64,000 bases of DNA, taken from NCBI GenBank assembly GCA_035084275.1, contig CM068747.1, positions 13,950,001 through 14,014,000 on the forward strand. Direction: 5' to 3'. A model generated the notes under the pieces. The model worked only from the letters and a program-made list of their open reading frames with translations, had not been told where the DNA came from and did not search any database. The position numbers were made by a program, and so were the translations under genes. This document shows, piece by piece, positions 1 through 11,051 of the stretch. Source of the DNA: Hydrolagus colliei (lineage: Eukaryota). Position 1 is the stretch's first letter; each line of letters opens with the position of its first letter.

Positions 1-1164
1 AATTCACTTTATATTTTCGGAAGTGCTTTGAGATGTCTCGAAGATGCGAGAAGGCACTATATCAAAATGCAAGGGATACTATTATTATAATTGTACATAC
101 AATAAGAACATTGAGAACAATAGAAGTCATGAATGTTAAGTTTTCGAGTGGTAAAACAAGAGTTCCCCATTTTATTCCATCACTAAGCTCAGCTGGCAGT
201 GGTCTTTTTCTGAACGCAAAACAGACCACTGAGCACGCTTATGTGGATTCTACACTGCTGGATACATGATCATAGATGAAAGATAAATAGTAATAACTGG
301 TCTGCAAGTTCTGGTGGAGGGCAAAGATCCAAGACGGCTAACAAACTGCATTTTAGCATCCCAAACATTGTTCCAAGAAACCTTTCAAATACACTAGTTT
401 CTCACAATGTTTCCTATATAGATGAAGAAACATTTAATTGGTCCAACATGGTGAAATAGCCCACACAAAATATGATATTCAAAGCATCATATAACAGGAT
501 TACATGGTTCTTTCAATCATTTTTATGTTAAAAAATCACAAGATGCAAAAATTGCTCAGGAAATAATTGTACCTAAAGATACTCAAAGCAGAAATTCACA
601 AAACAGGAGTTACAATATTTCCTGTAAACTTGGAAGAATTTACAAACTTGCAAAAACACACATATTAAGATATCTTAAAAATGAATACCTTTGTCCACTG
701 TCAAAACAGATAAAATTGGGCCCCAAATCTTGATTTTCGCAAAAAAAAATTACATTCCAGTTTGTCTTGAAATCATCCACATGACCACATGAATATATTT
801 CCAAAATGGTTTTAATTCTTCCATGTAATATACAAGTTGAATGTCCAAAGGATCCAATATAAAATGTAGATTAAATTAACACATAGACACACTTACTTAG
901 CCTGGAAAAGTTTGATTTTCACTTAGGCATCTTTACATTGATAAATATAAATGTACAATTTATAATCTCTGGGATGTCCTCACGATGTGAAAGGCGCTCT
1001 ATAAATTTTTATTTTGTTGTTGATTTTGTGGAAAAAATACAAAGGTCAATTGCACAAAGAACTGCACAAACAGTTGTACATTGAATGACCAAGTTATTAT
1101 AATTATTCATCTATATTTTTGAAGGGATCATTCAATTGACTAACATTCTGGTTCCTACTTACTA

Positions 1165-1900
1165 CAGTAAAGCCCATTTATCCGTGACTCGATGAACCGG
1201 CACTCCGTATAACTGGCATGCCAAAAAAAGTCCCCATTCGATAAACCGGAACTTATCTGGAACAATAGCGGTGGAGCATTTGTAAATGCATAAATAATAA
1301 CAGATAATAACAAAATATTGTATTGGTACTTATTGTTAAAACTACTCTCTTGCGCTTCTCACCTTTATAGTAGATGCTGCGCTTGAAGCCATGATGCTGC
1401 GGTTGAGGTTTATCGTCCAGCAGTTCTTTATAAAATGGAGCACACCAAGCGGGTGAAAAAAACGGAGCATGATTTTAAAGCCATACTAGCGGTAAGCCGA
1501 TAACGCTAGCCGATAACTCACATTGTCGCGCAGGTGCAGTATTTCGGTTTGCAGCTAGTAGAGTCTAGGGTTATCGGCTTGCCGCTAGTAAGACTTTAAA
1601 GTCGTGCTGCTGTTTTTTTCACCCGCTTGGTGTCCTCCATTTTAAAAAGGATCGCTAGACTATAAACTTCAACCAGTAAAGGTGAGAGTAAAACTACTCA
1701 CAAGAGAGTAGTTTTAACAATAAGTACCAATATAATATTATGTTATTATGTTATTATTTAGTTTGATGTGTACGGTGTGTGTTAAAATAACTTAAATTTT
1801 TTGTGGTGGGTTTTTGGCCACGGGCCGCCCGAATATCCAGCAGGCGCTTTAACCGGCATTGGCCAGGTCCTGCGGGTGCCGTATAAACGGGCTTTTACTG
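1165..1900. mobile_element. pogo/Tigger-type MITE, palindromic form, copy 1 (inserted in a SINE)
   Basis: TIRs CAGTAAAGCCCATTTAT / ATAAACGGGCTTTTACTG, TA on both sides. Internal inverted arms about 1295-1509 and 1564-1757. Confidence 0.9.
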
Positions 1901-3549
1901 TACTAGGTAAACAGAGGGGTGTGAAGTACGGAAACTTGTCTGAGGTTCTGTCCTGCCCAAGAATCAAACCCAGGTCCTCTCGCTTGTGAGGAGAGTGCTC
2001 TAAACCAATACTTTCCATTATGAATCGTTGCAAATTTCAGCCATAACTAGGTCATGGTTTAACTTCACTGGCTATTTTATAGCTGTTTAGGTACTGGCGT
2101 TTTGAACACCTGAAAATAAATCCACTGCGGATTTTCCTATATACAGGAAAAAGAGGTGGGAGATTGGCAATTCAAATGCTACCAGGTGTATAATTGTGAG
2201 CAGATATTAAATATAAATCCTGAGAGATCATATTTAGTTTGTACTGTTTGAAGTCAATGTGACTGTGAAGGGTTCTTTAATGCAAATGAGGTTGTGGATA
2301 AAAACTGTTCTATTGTTCAGTGGCACAATGCAAAATGCATGAATAAGACAGCAATAAGGAGATTATGTGACCTTTCTGAAAGGCCAGCATACGAGCACTA
2401 TCCTGATAAAATCATCTTAAACTTTGGTACTGAAATACAAACATGTGAACCCATTCCAAGCTGGTCAACTGAATGAATATTCGCTGAAGTAAACCACCAT
2501 ATTATTTACATTTCCACCCATGAGGTGGGTCACAAATTGACTAGAAATGAAATGAAATCAATCGCGATGATACAAGTGAACTTCACAGTGTGCAGAATGG
2601 TCACTTGTGGGAGGAATTCAGAACTCCAGTTTCACAACAGGCTCTATTCCTCGCTGGGATTTCCACGTGTAGACGGGAAACATGGAATTCTCACTTTGGT
2701 TTGCTCACTCTCACTCTTAAGCACTGTGATGAGTTTCTAAATGTGTCAGACATCCAACAGAGGAATAAAACAGAGCTTGATGTCCCCTTTGTTCAATTGT
2801 TGGCAAAAATGGTAAAGAAAGTAAGTAGATGGAGCAGTTGCAATGCAATCACATTAAATATTACAGGGTGATCAGAAAGTCATGATATCTATACTATTAT
2901 CCCAAAAAAATCAGCATTTTGTTAAGACTTGTTGGACATTGTAATGGCATCACAACTTTTTAGTCATCCTATATACAGTATAATATTAAAAAGTATTGTA
3001 TTGGTATTAGTTTTACATAAAAACTGGAATAAACTCTGGACTATATTTGTAGCGTTACAACAACACAACACACTGGTAGATTAAGTTTCTTCACATTTTA
3101 GAATGCACGTAAACTGGTAATCTCATTTGCACTGGATTGGTCACCGAGTACTGGCTGTGCTTTATTGAAATCAAAGCATTTACACAATGTGTACATAATT
3201 TTTTTTAAAAACGTGAAAGTTAGTGCTCTTGATGGCAACGGAGTTCAGTTGATTTCACCTCCTAGTTAAGCAGCCATCACTGGCAACAATGGAGATAATG
3301 ATTTTGCATTCAGTGGTATACAGAACATTTGCATATTTATACAGAAATTCGTATAAACTGCAGACCATATTGGTGGTGTAACAGCAACATAACAAATTAA
3401 GTTGCTTCACATTTGGAATGCATAAACCTACAATCTCATTTGTACTGGATAGGTTACAAAGTGACAGTTTGAGGCAAAGTGCCAAATTAAAACTGGTCAG
3501 TTAATCAAAATGCAAAGCTAAAATAATAATAATACTTCCATTTGATATA

Positions 3550-4288
3550 CAGTACAAGCCCGTTTATCCGGCACCTGCGGGACCTGGCCAATGCCGGTTA
3601 AAGCGACTACCGGATATTCGGGCGGCCCGAGGCCGAAAAACCACTACAAAAAAATTAAACTTCTTTTAACACACACCATACATACCAGACTATATAATAA
3701 CAGATAATAACAGAATATTGTATTGGTACTTATTGTTAAAACTACTCTCTTGTGCTTCTCACCTTGACTGATTGAGGTTTACAGTCCAGCGATTCTTTTT
3801 TAAATGGAGGACGCCAAGAGGGTGAAACAAATGGCAGCGTTATTTTAAAGTTGTGCGACTTTACTAGCTGCAAGCCTATAGCCCAGACTCTACAAGTGGC
3901 AAACCAAAATACAGCACCTGCGAGACAATGTGGGTTATCGGCTAGAGATGTCGATTTGCCGCTAGTATGGTTTTAAAATCATGCTCCGTTTTTTTCACCC
4001 GCTTGGCGTGCTCCATTTTAAAAGGAATTGCTGGACTATAAACCTCAACCGTAGCATCATGGCTTCAAGCGCAGCATCTACTAGTAAAGGTGAGAAGCGC
4101 AAACGAGTAGTTTTAACAATAAGCACCAATACAATATTCTGTTATTATGTTATTATTTATGCATTTACAAATGCTCCATTGCTTTTGTTCCAGATAAGTT
4201 CCGGTTTATTGAACGGGGACTTTTTTTTGGTGTGCCGGTTATATGAAAGTGTCAGTTCATCGAGTAACGGATAAACGGACTGTTACTG
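3550..4288. mobile_element. pogo/Tigger-type MITE, palindromic form, copy 2 (opposite orientation, inserted in a SINE tail)
   Basis: TIRs CAGTACAAGCCCGTTTATCC / GGATAAACGGACTGTTACTG, TA TSD. Reverse complement of copy 1. Transposase start MASSAASTSKGEKRKRVVLTIS at 4059-4124. Confidence 0.9.
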
Positions 4289-5540
4289 TACCATCTTATC
4301 ATGTCATTGATACATCTCAGATCTTCACAGAAGACCAGTTTATTGTAAAGTGAATTGACTGTATATTTTGTTGGCGATATGCAGCAACCAATTGCACTTG
4401 TGGATTGAGGGACCACATTTTTTTGAAGGGATTATTATCCCCTTAAAATAGGTCCCGCGATAGTTCATAAAAAGGACACAGAAATTCTACATGGTACGTT
4501 ACTACATCACAATTACTGTGCTGAGCATGAAATGGAATAAAAAATTCTAAGAGAGCCTATTCCACCACTTGTCACACCAGACCAATATTGTAAGATATGA
4601 TCCTTTTCATATTTTCTAAAACATTAGTGGTCTACTTTTCATTAAAAAAAAAGTTTGACTTTTAAAGAGAAAATACATCAGGAAATTTCCCTATCCTATT
4701 GCAAAATATAAGTGCAATTCTCACTGCTTAAAACTTTTTTAAAAAGACAGATTCGTACATTCAGTACTCATTAGTGTAATTCATTTAGTGTAAAAGATTG
4801 AAGAGAGTTAGCTCATGAATTTGACCTGTTGTTTCTGGGAGAAAATAAAAGAGTCGGAGAAAAGCGTAATGTGGTGTAAATGGTGTAAAAAGAGAGTTCC
4901 CTTAGTGTAATGTTATTTGCCAACAGGTCCCACTGTGTTCTGACAGGTTTTGTATGTTTTCTCCTTTGACATTCAACACTATAACTCTCCCCGAACAATT
5001 GTACATTCTTCCTCTGTAGTGTATCAATAATTCTTTCTGTAGCTATTCCAACTGTATTAAAACCTACTTTAAAACATATGTGCAAGTTATTGTTGTTTAT
5101 CAGTCACTTTTTGGCCCCTCCTACCCCCATCCCCACTTCCTACAGCAACCATTTTGCATGTTATAAGATCCATTTTAAACTTTTACTTTTCGTTGGCATA
5201 AAATGTGCTTTGCAGGCCTGATGATTAAATTGGAAGCTACAGCATACAGGAAGTTTCCATTGAATTTGAATAACTCTATGTAAAGTTGCAAAACCTCAGG
5301 CAACAGCGTGGAGAATGTTTCACAGGCAGGTGTGTGATGTGGGAAGTGTTACCATAAATCGAATTGGTTCAGAAAATTAGATATTTGCAACTTCTCCATA
5401 TTCCACTCAATAGTTATGAACAATAGGAAAACTACTGTAGAACAGGTAAACATGCACACAACATGCCCGGATGAATTCGTAGATACATGTCCTGCACAGT
5501 GCAGCAACCTGAGCCACAGCCACTGAAAACATTCCTGCTC

Positions 5541-6175
5541 CCACCCCCCCACATTGGAGGAGGATGGCGTGATCGACTGTGTCGAAGGTGGCGGAAAGTT
5601 CAAGGAGGACAAGGATGTAGAAGGAGCCCTGGCCACAGATAGAAAGGACAGTCTTTGTCTCTGTATTGCGGGCAGGGCAGAAGCCAGATTGGAGGGGTTC
5701 AAATAGGGTGTGGAGGGAGAGGTGTGCGAGGAGTTGGTTGGCAACAAGGCGTTTTAAAACTCTTGCAATGAAAGGTAGGTATGAAATAGAATGGTAGTGG
5801 CTGGGGTTGGAAGGAGTGGGATGATGACAATGGTTTTGGGGTGGGGGGGGATTGAGGAGAGGGATGATTATTGGTCTGCCAGCAGTGAGCAGAGGCGGGG
5901 TAGCTGGGTGATCAGCAAGTTGGTGGGAAGGGGGTCGAGGCAGCAGGTTGTGGGTTTCATAGTGGTGATGGTAGATGAGAGGGAGGAAGGAGAGATGGGG
6001 AAGAATGTAGGATAGGCGTCGTAGTAGCAGCTGAGGAGGGGTGGGTGAGGGGGACGGAATGGGGTGGTGGTGGGCGACAAGGGACAGGAGGATGAGGCTG
6101 CCAAGCGGATGTTATTGATTTTGGTGGTAAGGAAGTCTATGACCTCTTTGCATTTGGCGTTGATCGAGTCCACAA
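5541..6175 (-). mobile_element. L2 LINE ORF2 fragment(s)
   Basis: DFLTTKINNIR and TTMKPTTCCLDPLPTNLL, typical of the L2 region preceding the RT; pyrimidine-rich coding strand. Confidence 0.75.
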
Positions 6176-6511
6176 GGAACAGTATTTGACTGGACCTTGG
6201 TTCAATGTTTCATCTGGATGACAGTACCTCTGGCAATGCAACACTCCCTAATCAAGAGATGAGAGTGCTGCCAACTGAGTCAGCTGCCAGCATAGTGCTT
6301 CTCTGCGCGTTATTTTGCATTTTAAACCCGAAAAATTTACATTTGGAGCGTGGCTCTCACAAAATCAAACTTGCATTGAAAGTTCACTCCTTTTGTAGAC
6401 TGCTGCCTTGTTACATCAGAGTGGGGAAATGGAAAAATCCCCCCACAAACACCCCCTCGAATACAAGCAATATGATATATGAACTTATTTATGTGGCAAA
6501 TAACAACTTAC

Positions 6512-7510
6512 CGAGAAGGCTAGTTCCCAGCAATGGGTTAAGGAGGTGTGGCACCACAGAGTTGTTGAGTTTAGTTGGTCCCGTTGTATTCCCAGCAGCT
6601 GAAATGGGCAGCAGGGATTCCGCCATTGACACAACTGCTGTCCCACCAAGAGTTGAGACAGCAAGTGTTGCCACTGCTGATGTAGTGGTAGTGTTGGTAG
6701 TGGTTGCCTGGGATGAGGTCACTCGAGAAACCTCACGATGATTAGCAGCACTGTCGGAGGGGGAGTGCAGAACACTCCTCAAAAGCTGGGGATTCAAGGC
6801 CATCAGTCCGGGGGGTGCTGGGAGGGTGAGCGAGTGTACTGTAGTGTCATTGCCTGAAAGACGCGGTAAGGGATTCTCCAGAGAGTTGGTCAGGAGGGTT
6901 TCTGCTCTGTGGCTAACGGACTGATTGCTGTGCAGATAATCTGGCAAGGATTGGATTTGTGTCACTGAGGGTGAAGGGTTTCTTTGCTGTTGTAATAGTT
7001 CGGGGAGAGTTAGATTTAAGGATGTCAGTGGGAGCATGGTTGTTTGGGCCTGGTTTTGAAACAACGCTGCCAAAAGTTGAACAGGTTGTAGAGGCTGCCC
7101 GTCCATATCGCTGGGTAGCAAAGTCAAAGCTGCGTTTAGATTTGGGTTCAAAATTCCCAAAGGGTTGACTGAGACCTCTGCCTTTCCATCTCCTGACGCA
7201 GACAACATATTCAGCATATTGTGGTTCAGGAGTTGCTGCTGGTTCATTGCTAAAGGGATGGACAGAGAGCTGAGAAGGTTTGGGTTCGGAGGGTAAGTGA
7301 GATTGTTACTCGTAGGGACGGTGTGTCCAAACTGAAACGTTTGGTCCTGACCGACGAAAGGAAGAGCACTCCCCATGGGAAGCTGAGCGCGTAATGCATT
7401 TCCAGCCGCTGTTGTAACTATAACTCCATCTTGCAGAAGGGATGTTGTCTTGGTAATGGCGGGTTGATTGGTGCCGGCAACGGCCATGGAAGTTGACTGC
7501 CCAGAACCAC
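6512..7510 (-). CDS. MBD5: MBD5 coding exon 5 (long form); gene continues beyond the left edge
   Basis: Acceptor gggtttcag, donor gtaagt. 999 nt, phase 1-1, GGSGQSTSMAVAGTNQPAITKTTSLLQDGVIVTTAAGN...VSTLGGTAVVSMAE...LLNPLLGTSLL, matching the recalled long MBD5 isoform. No following exon was found in 1-6511. Confidence 0.95.
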
Positions 7511-7939
7511 CTGAAACCCACACCATACAAATAGACATGTTAATGATGAGTAAAAGATCTTAAGCCTCTATGTTAACACACACCTGCTTTATATTAATAA
7601 TTCAGTGCAGGAACCGATGCATTGGCCAAATAAAAATGTGTTCAGTTATTCCAAATGTAAAGCTAAAATAATAATACCTGCATTGGATATAACGCTTCAT
7701 CACGTCTTTGAGATGTCTCAAAGCACTTCACAGAATATCCTGTAGAGTGAATTGACGGGGTATTTTGTCGGCGAAATGCAACAGCCGATTCTGATATCTT
7801 AACTAAGTAGATATCGTTAATGTTCCACAAACATCATGGATTGAATGACCAAATTAAATGACACCCTGATGCAGGCTATTCAGGCAATGTATTCTACATT
7901 TTCAGTCATCCACGTGGGGAAACGTTTTCAGATTTAATA

Positions 7940-8246
7940 ATAATTATGCATGCATTTGATATAGCGCTTTTCACATCTTCTAAACGTCTCAAAGCACTTC
8001 ACAGAATAAACTGTAAAATGAATTGACTGTATATTTGTGGGCGAAACGCGGCAGCCAATTGCGCACAGCAGTGTCCCACAAACTGTCGTGGATTGAAATG
8101 ACCAATTTTTATTATTGTGTTTTTTTGAGGGATTATTAATAGGCGTGTGGAGTAAGGAAACTTACCCAAGGTTTCGCCCTGACCCGCCTGGATTTGAACA
8201 CAGGTCTCACACTTGTAAAGCGAGTACTCTAACTACTAAGCTACCA
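7940..8246 (-). mobile_element. tRNA-derived SINE, short subfamily
   Basis: A/B-box head (GTAGCTTAGTAGTTAGAGT...GTTCAAATCC), family body, and L2-like tail ending in AT-rich repeats. Confidence 0.85.
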
Positions 8247-10399
8247 GTATGAAAGTTGGTAGAGTTCGGTTTTTATCTCCCTGCAGTCAAACATACAATA
8301 TATACCACAAAGATTTTACACACACACAAGCTGATTTTGTTTGCAAAGGATAGCCCCACTTGTAATCTGGATACCAAATACTATATAGATTGGTGTTTGC
8401 TAATTGAACATCATTTACTATTGAATTGATGTTTTAAGATGTTTTTAATTCGATTTTAAGATCAATTATGTAAGAAAATGTAAGTGTTTACATCGACTAA
8501 AAAATGAAGTTGTAGCAGACAGTACTTTGGTTATACAGTAGTATTAATGAGTAGACAGATCCCTGTTCTGAAGACATTTCAACTCAGGTTCCTTTTGCTG
8601 GTGTTAATCGTTCTTTGATATCTTAACTAAGTAGATTTCGTTAATGTGCAAACCTTGAAAGGAAAAAGGTGTTCTGCAGGAGAGGGAGGGTCAACCACAA
8701 TGTTGTCCTCTCCCTGGCATCTACAGGATCAATCAGGTCCTTACTCAAGAGTTATTAAATTTATTGTGGTTGTAATTAAAAAAAGACAACATTCATAGAG
8801 TGTGCAGTTTTCATGTTTGAACGTTTTGTCACCAAGTTGATAAGTGTAACGTTTGAACATCTTGTATAGACCGTATAGTAAGGATTTTGATTCACGTTGT
8901 ATGTATAACCATCTCTAGCAGCAGTCACGAGACACCAATCAAGAACAGAATCTCCAGCTAAGGTGCTGAGGTCAATTGTAGCACCCAAAGAGTTGTCCAA
9001 CTGAGATCAGATTTCTTAACACTGAGCAGAGATCATATGCTTGGGACCATCCTAATTTTTAGGGCTGAGCTGGAATAGATTCTACGAACTATCAGAGAAG
9101 CGCAGACTTTTTAAAAAAATATCAATTACATAATTTAAATCTATAAATTAATTAATTTAATTAACAAACTGGTTGAATTTCATATGTTGCATAAGACCAC
9201 GGATGTTGACTGTTGCCAAAACAATGCAACTAACGTAGAATTTCAATAGCTTGCATTTATTTAGCATCTTTCATGTTGAATGGATATCTCTAAGCACTAA
9301 TGTACCGAACATCAAGGAGATTGATTCAAAACAAAATCAAAAGGATGTGTTTTCAACAGGATAGTGAAGGCAAGGGAGGGTCAGAAATCGAGGAAGAGGT
9401 CATGAAGGCTCATCTGGCAATGTTGAGACAGAGATAGGGAGGACCAAACCACAATTGGAAGAGTGGAGGGTAATGGACAGGATTATAATGCTGGATTAGA
9501 CTACTACACCTGTAGGGTAACTGAAGATTTGAAAATCAGGGCTTTTGAATGAGTTGGAATTTGCAGAGTGATTATTGATTGATTTGAGTTGGAATTTCCC
9601 CATTAAATTTCCAAATACAACTGAGAATGTTCCCACCGAAAGTCCCAAACACTCAACTGTAGCCATGTTATTACTTCCAAATGATATATATTTTATTTTA
9701 AAAAATTCTGCAAATAATTTCAAATTCAGTTAAAATGAGAGACAGAAAAAAATCAACCAGCTTTCTTTATAATGCTCACGTTCAACATTTAACAAAATAT
9801 ATAATTGAGCACCAAGCAATAATGCAACAGCTAGTAGGACTGTAATGCATAAAGGAGGACAGGCTGGTCAGTCCAAAGCTTTCAAATGCCTTGCCTAGCC
9901 TTAATTGTCTAGTACATTACAGGGACCATCCATCATTCAAATTTATGTGCCATTGAGTAGCAATGATTTTTCTTTCCAGTGGTTTATGCTCTGCTTACGT
10001 GGCCTTCTGTGCCAAGTGAGCTCAGAGGTTTTACTGGGAGGAGAATCATGCAGCATGGATGTTTGTTAAATATATTTTTTTAAAAAACACATTCAGACTT
10101 TTGGGACTTTTCCCAGGGGTCTTCAACAGATAATCTACACACAGGGCTTTTGATCTTTCAGGCCAAGCTGTTGACACTAACAGTTACAAATCTTGCATCC
10201 TGTTCAAAGCATGGCTTACATCACCGTAGCTTACAAAGCCATCCTCTGCACTTGGGAAAGGCTGAGCCGGGTGCAGTGTGACACTGCATGATTGCTCCAA
10301 ATTACTTTGTTTGCTTCATGTGTTAATTTACGAAGAAGCACATCGAGCGTAAATGGCACATGTTTATATGTACTGTACACTTAAGCACAAAGCCAGCTA

Positions 10400-10436
10400 G
10401 TGGTGGTGGTGGTGGGGGGGGGGGGGGGGGGGGGGG
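10400..10436 (+). repeat. (GGT)n plus poly-G tract (similar tracts at about 11022-11050 and poly-C at about 24744-24766)
   Basis: Directly visible low-complexity runs. Confidence 0.9.
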
Positions 10437-11020
10437 TTGCCCCAGCCTATCCCTGGGGGGCAAAAGTGCTATTGAGTCTCATAATATCAAATGTTCTTTG
10501 CAGCTTTCAAGATATGCATATTTTGTATGACTTCTTCAAGAAGCTTCCAGCACAATACATTTCTAATGTTGAACAAAATTACAAAATATAAAAGAAGTTT
10601 ATTACAAACAAAAAATATCTTGCTGCTAAAACAACCTGTCCAGGGATTAAATGTCATCTGTTACATGTGAAGCACCGGGTTCAGTCGTCTCAAGAGTGAC
10701 AGGAAGTTTGAATTCCGCCATTCAAATAGATTGCTGCAATTTTCACAACAGGTAAGAAAAAAAGTACCATATATGCTCCAGCAAAAAATTATCGTGAGCC
10801 CTAAGAGAACCTTGGGTTTTCATAAGTAAAATTGTACCCTATTTTCAGGTCACACTAACTGTGGCATGACCTCTTCGGAGCGCTACATATGTTACATGCA
10901 TCGTCTTGCCGATGATGTAAGGAGTCTTAGTAAAATGCAATGCACAGAGGAATGGCTTCTGTACTTAGAATAAAAATTTTAAATGAGATAAAAAGGTAAA
11001 CACAAAGCATAAATGTCATG

Positions 11021-11051
<31 letters not shown>

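Noticed and set aside
3118-3457. About 25-bp imperfect direct repeat AATCTCATTTG(C/T)ACTGGAT
   Set aside because: Short two-copy local duplication with no further structure.
1-6511. Search for the next MBD5 exon (DMSSINN...ACLFQNFQ-like) and the PWWP exons
   Set aside because: No matching frame with splice sites was found; presumed to lie left of the window.
6205-6741. 178-aa plus-strand ORF and other antisense ORFs over MBD5 exons
   Set aside because: Shadow frames of the MBD5 coding strand with no recognisable domain.
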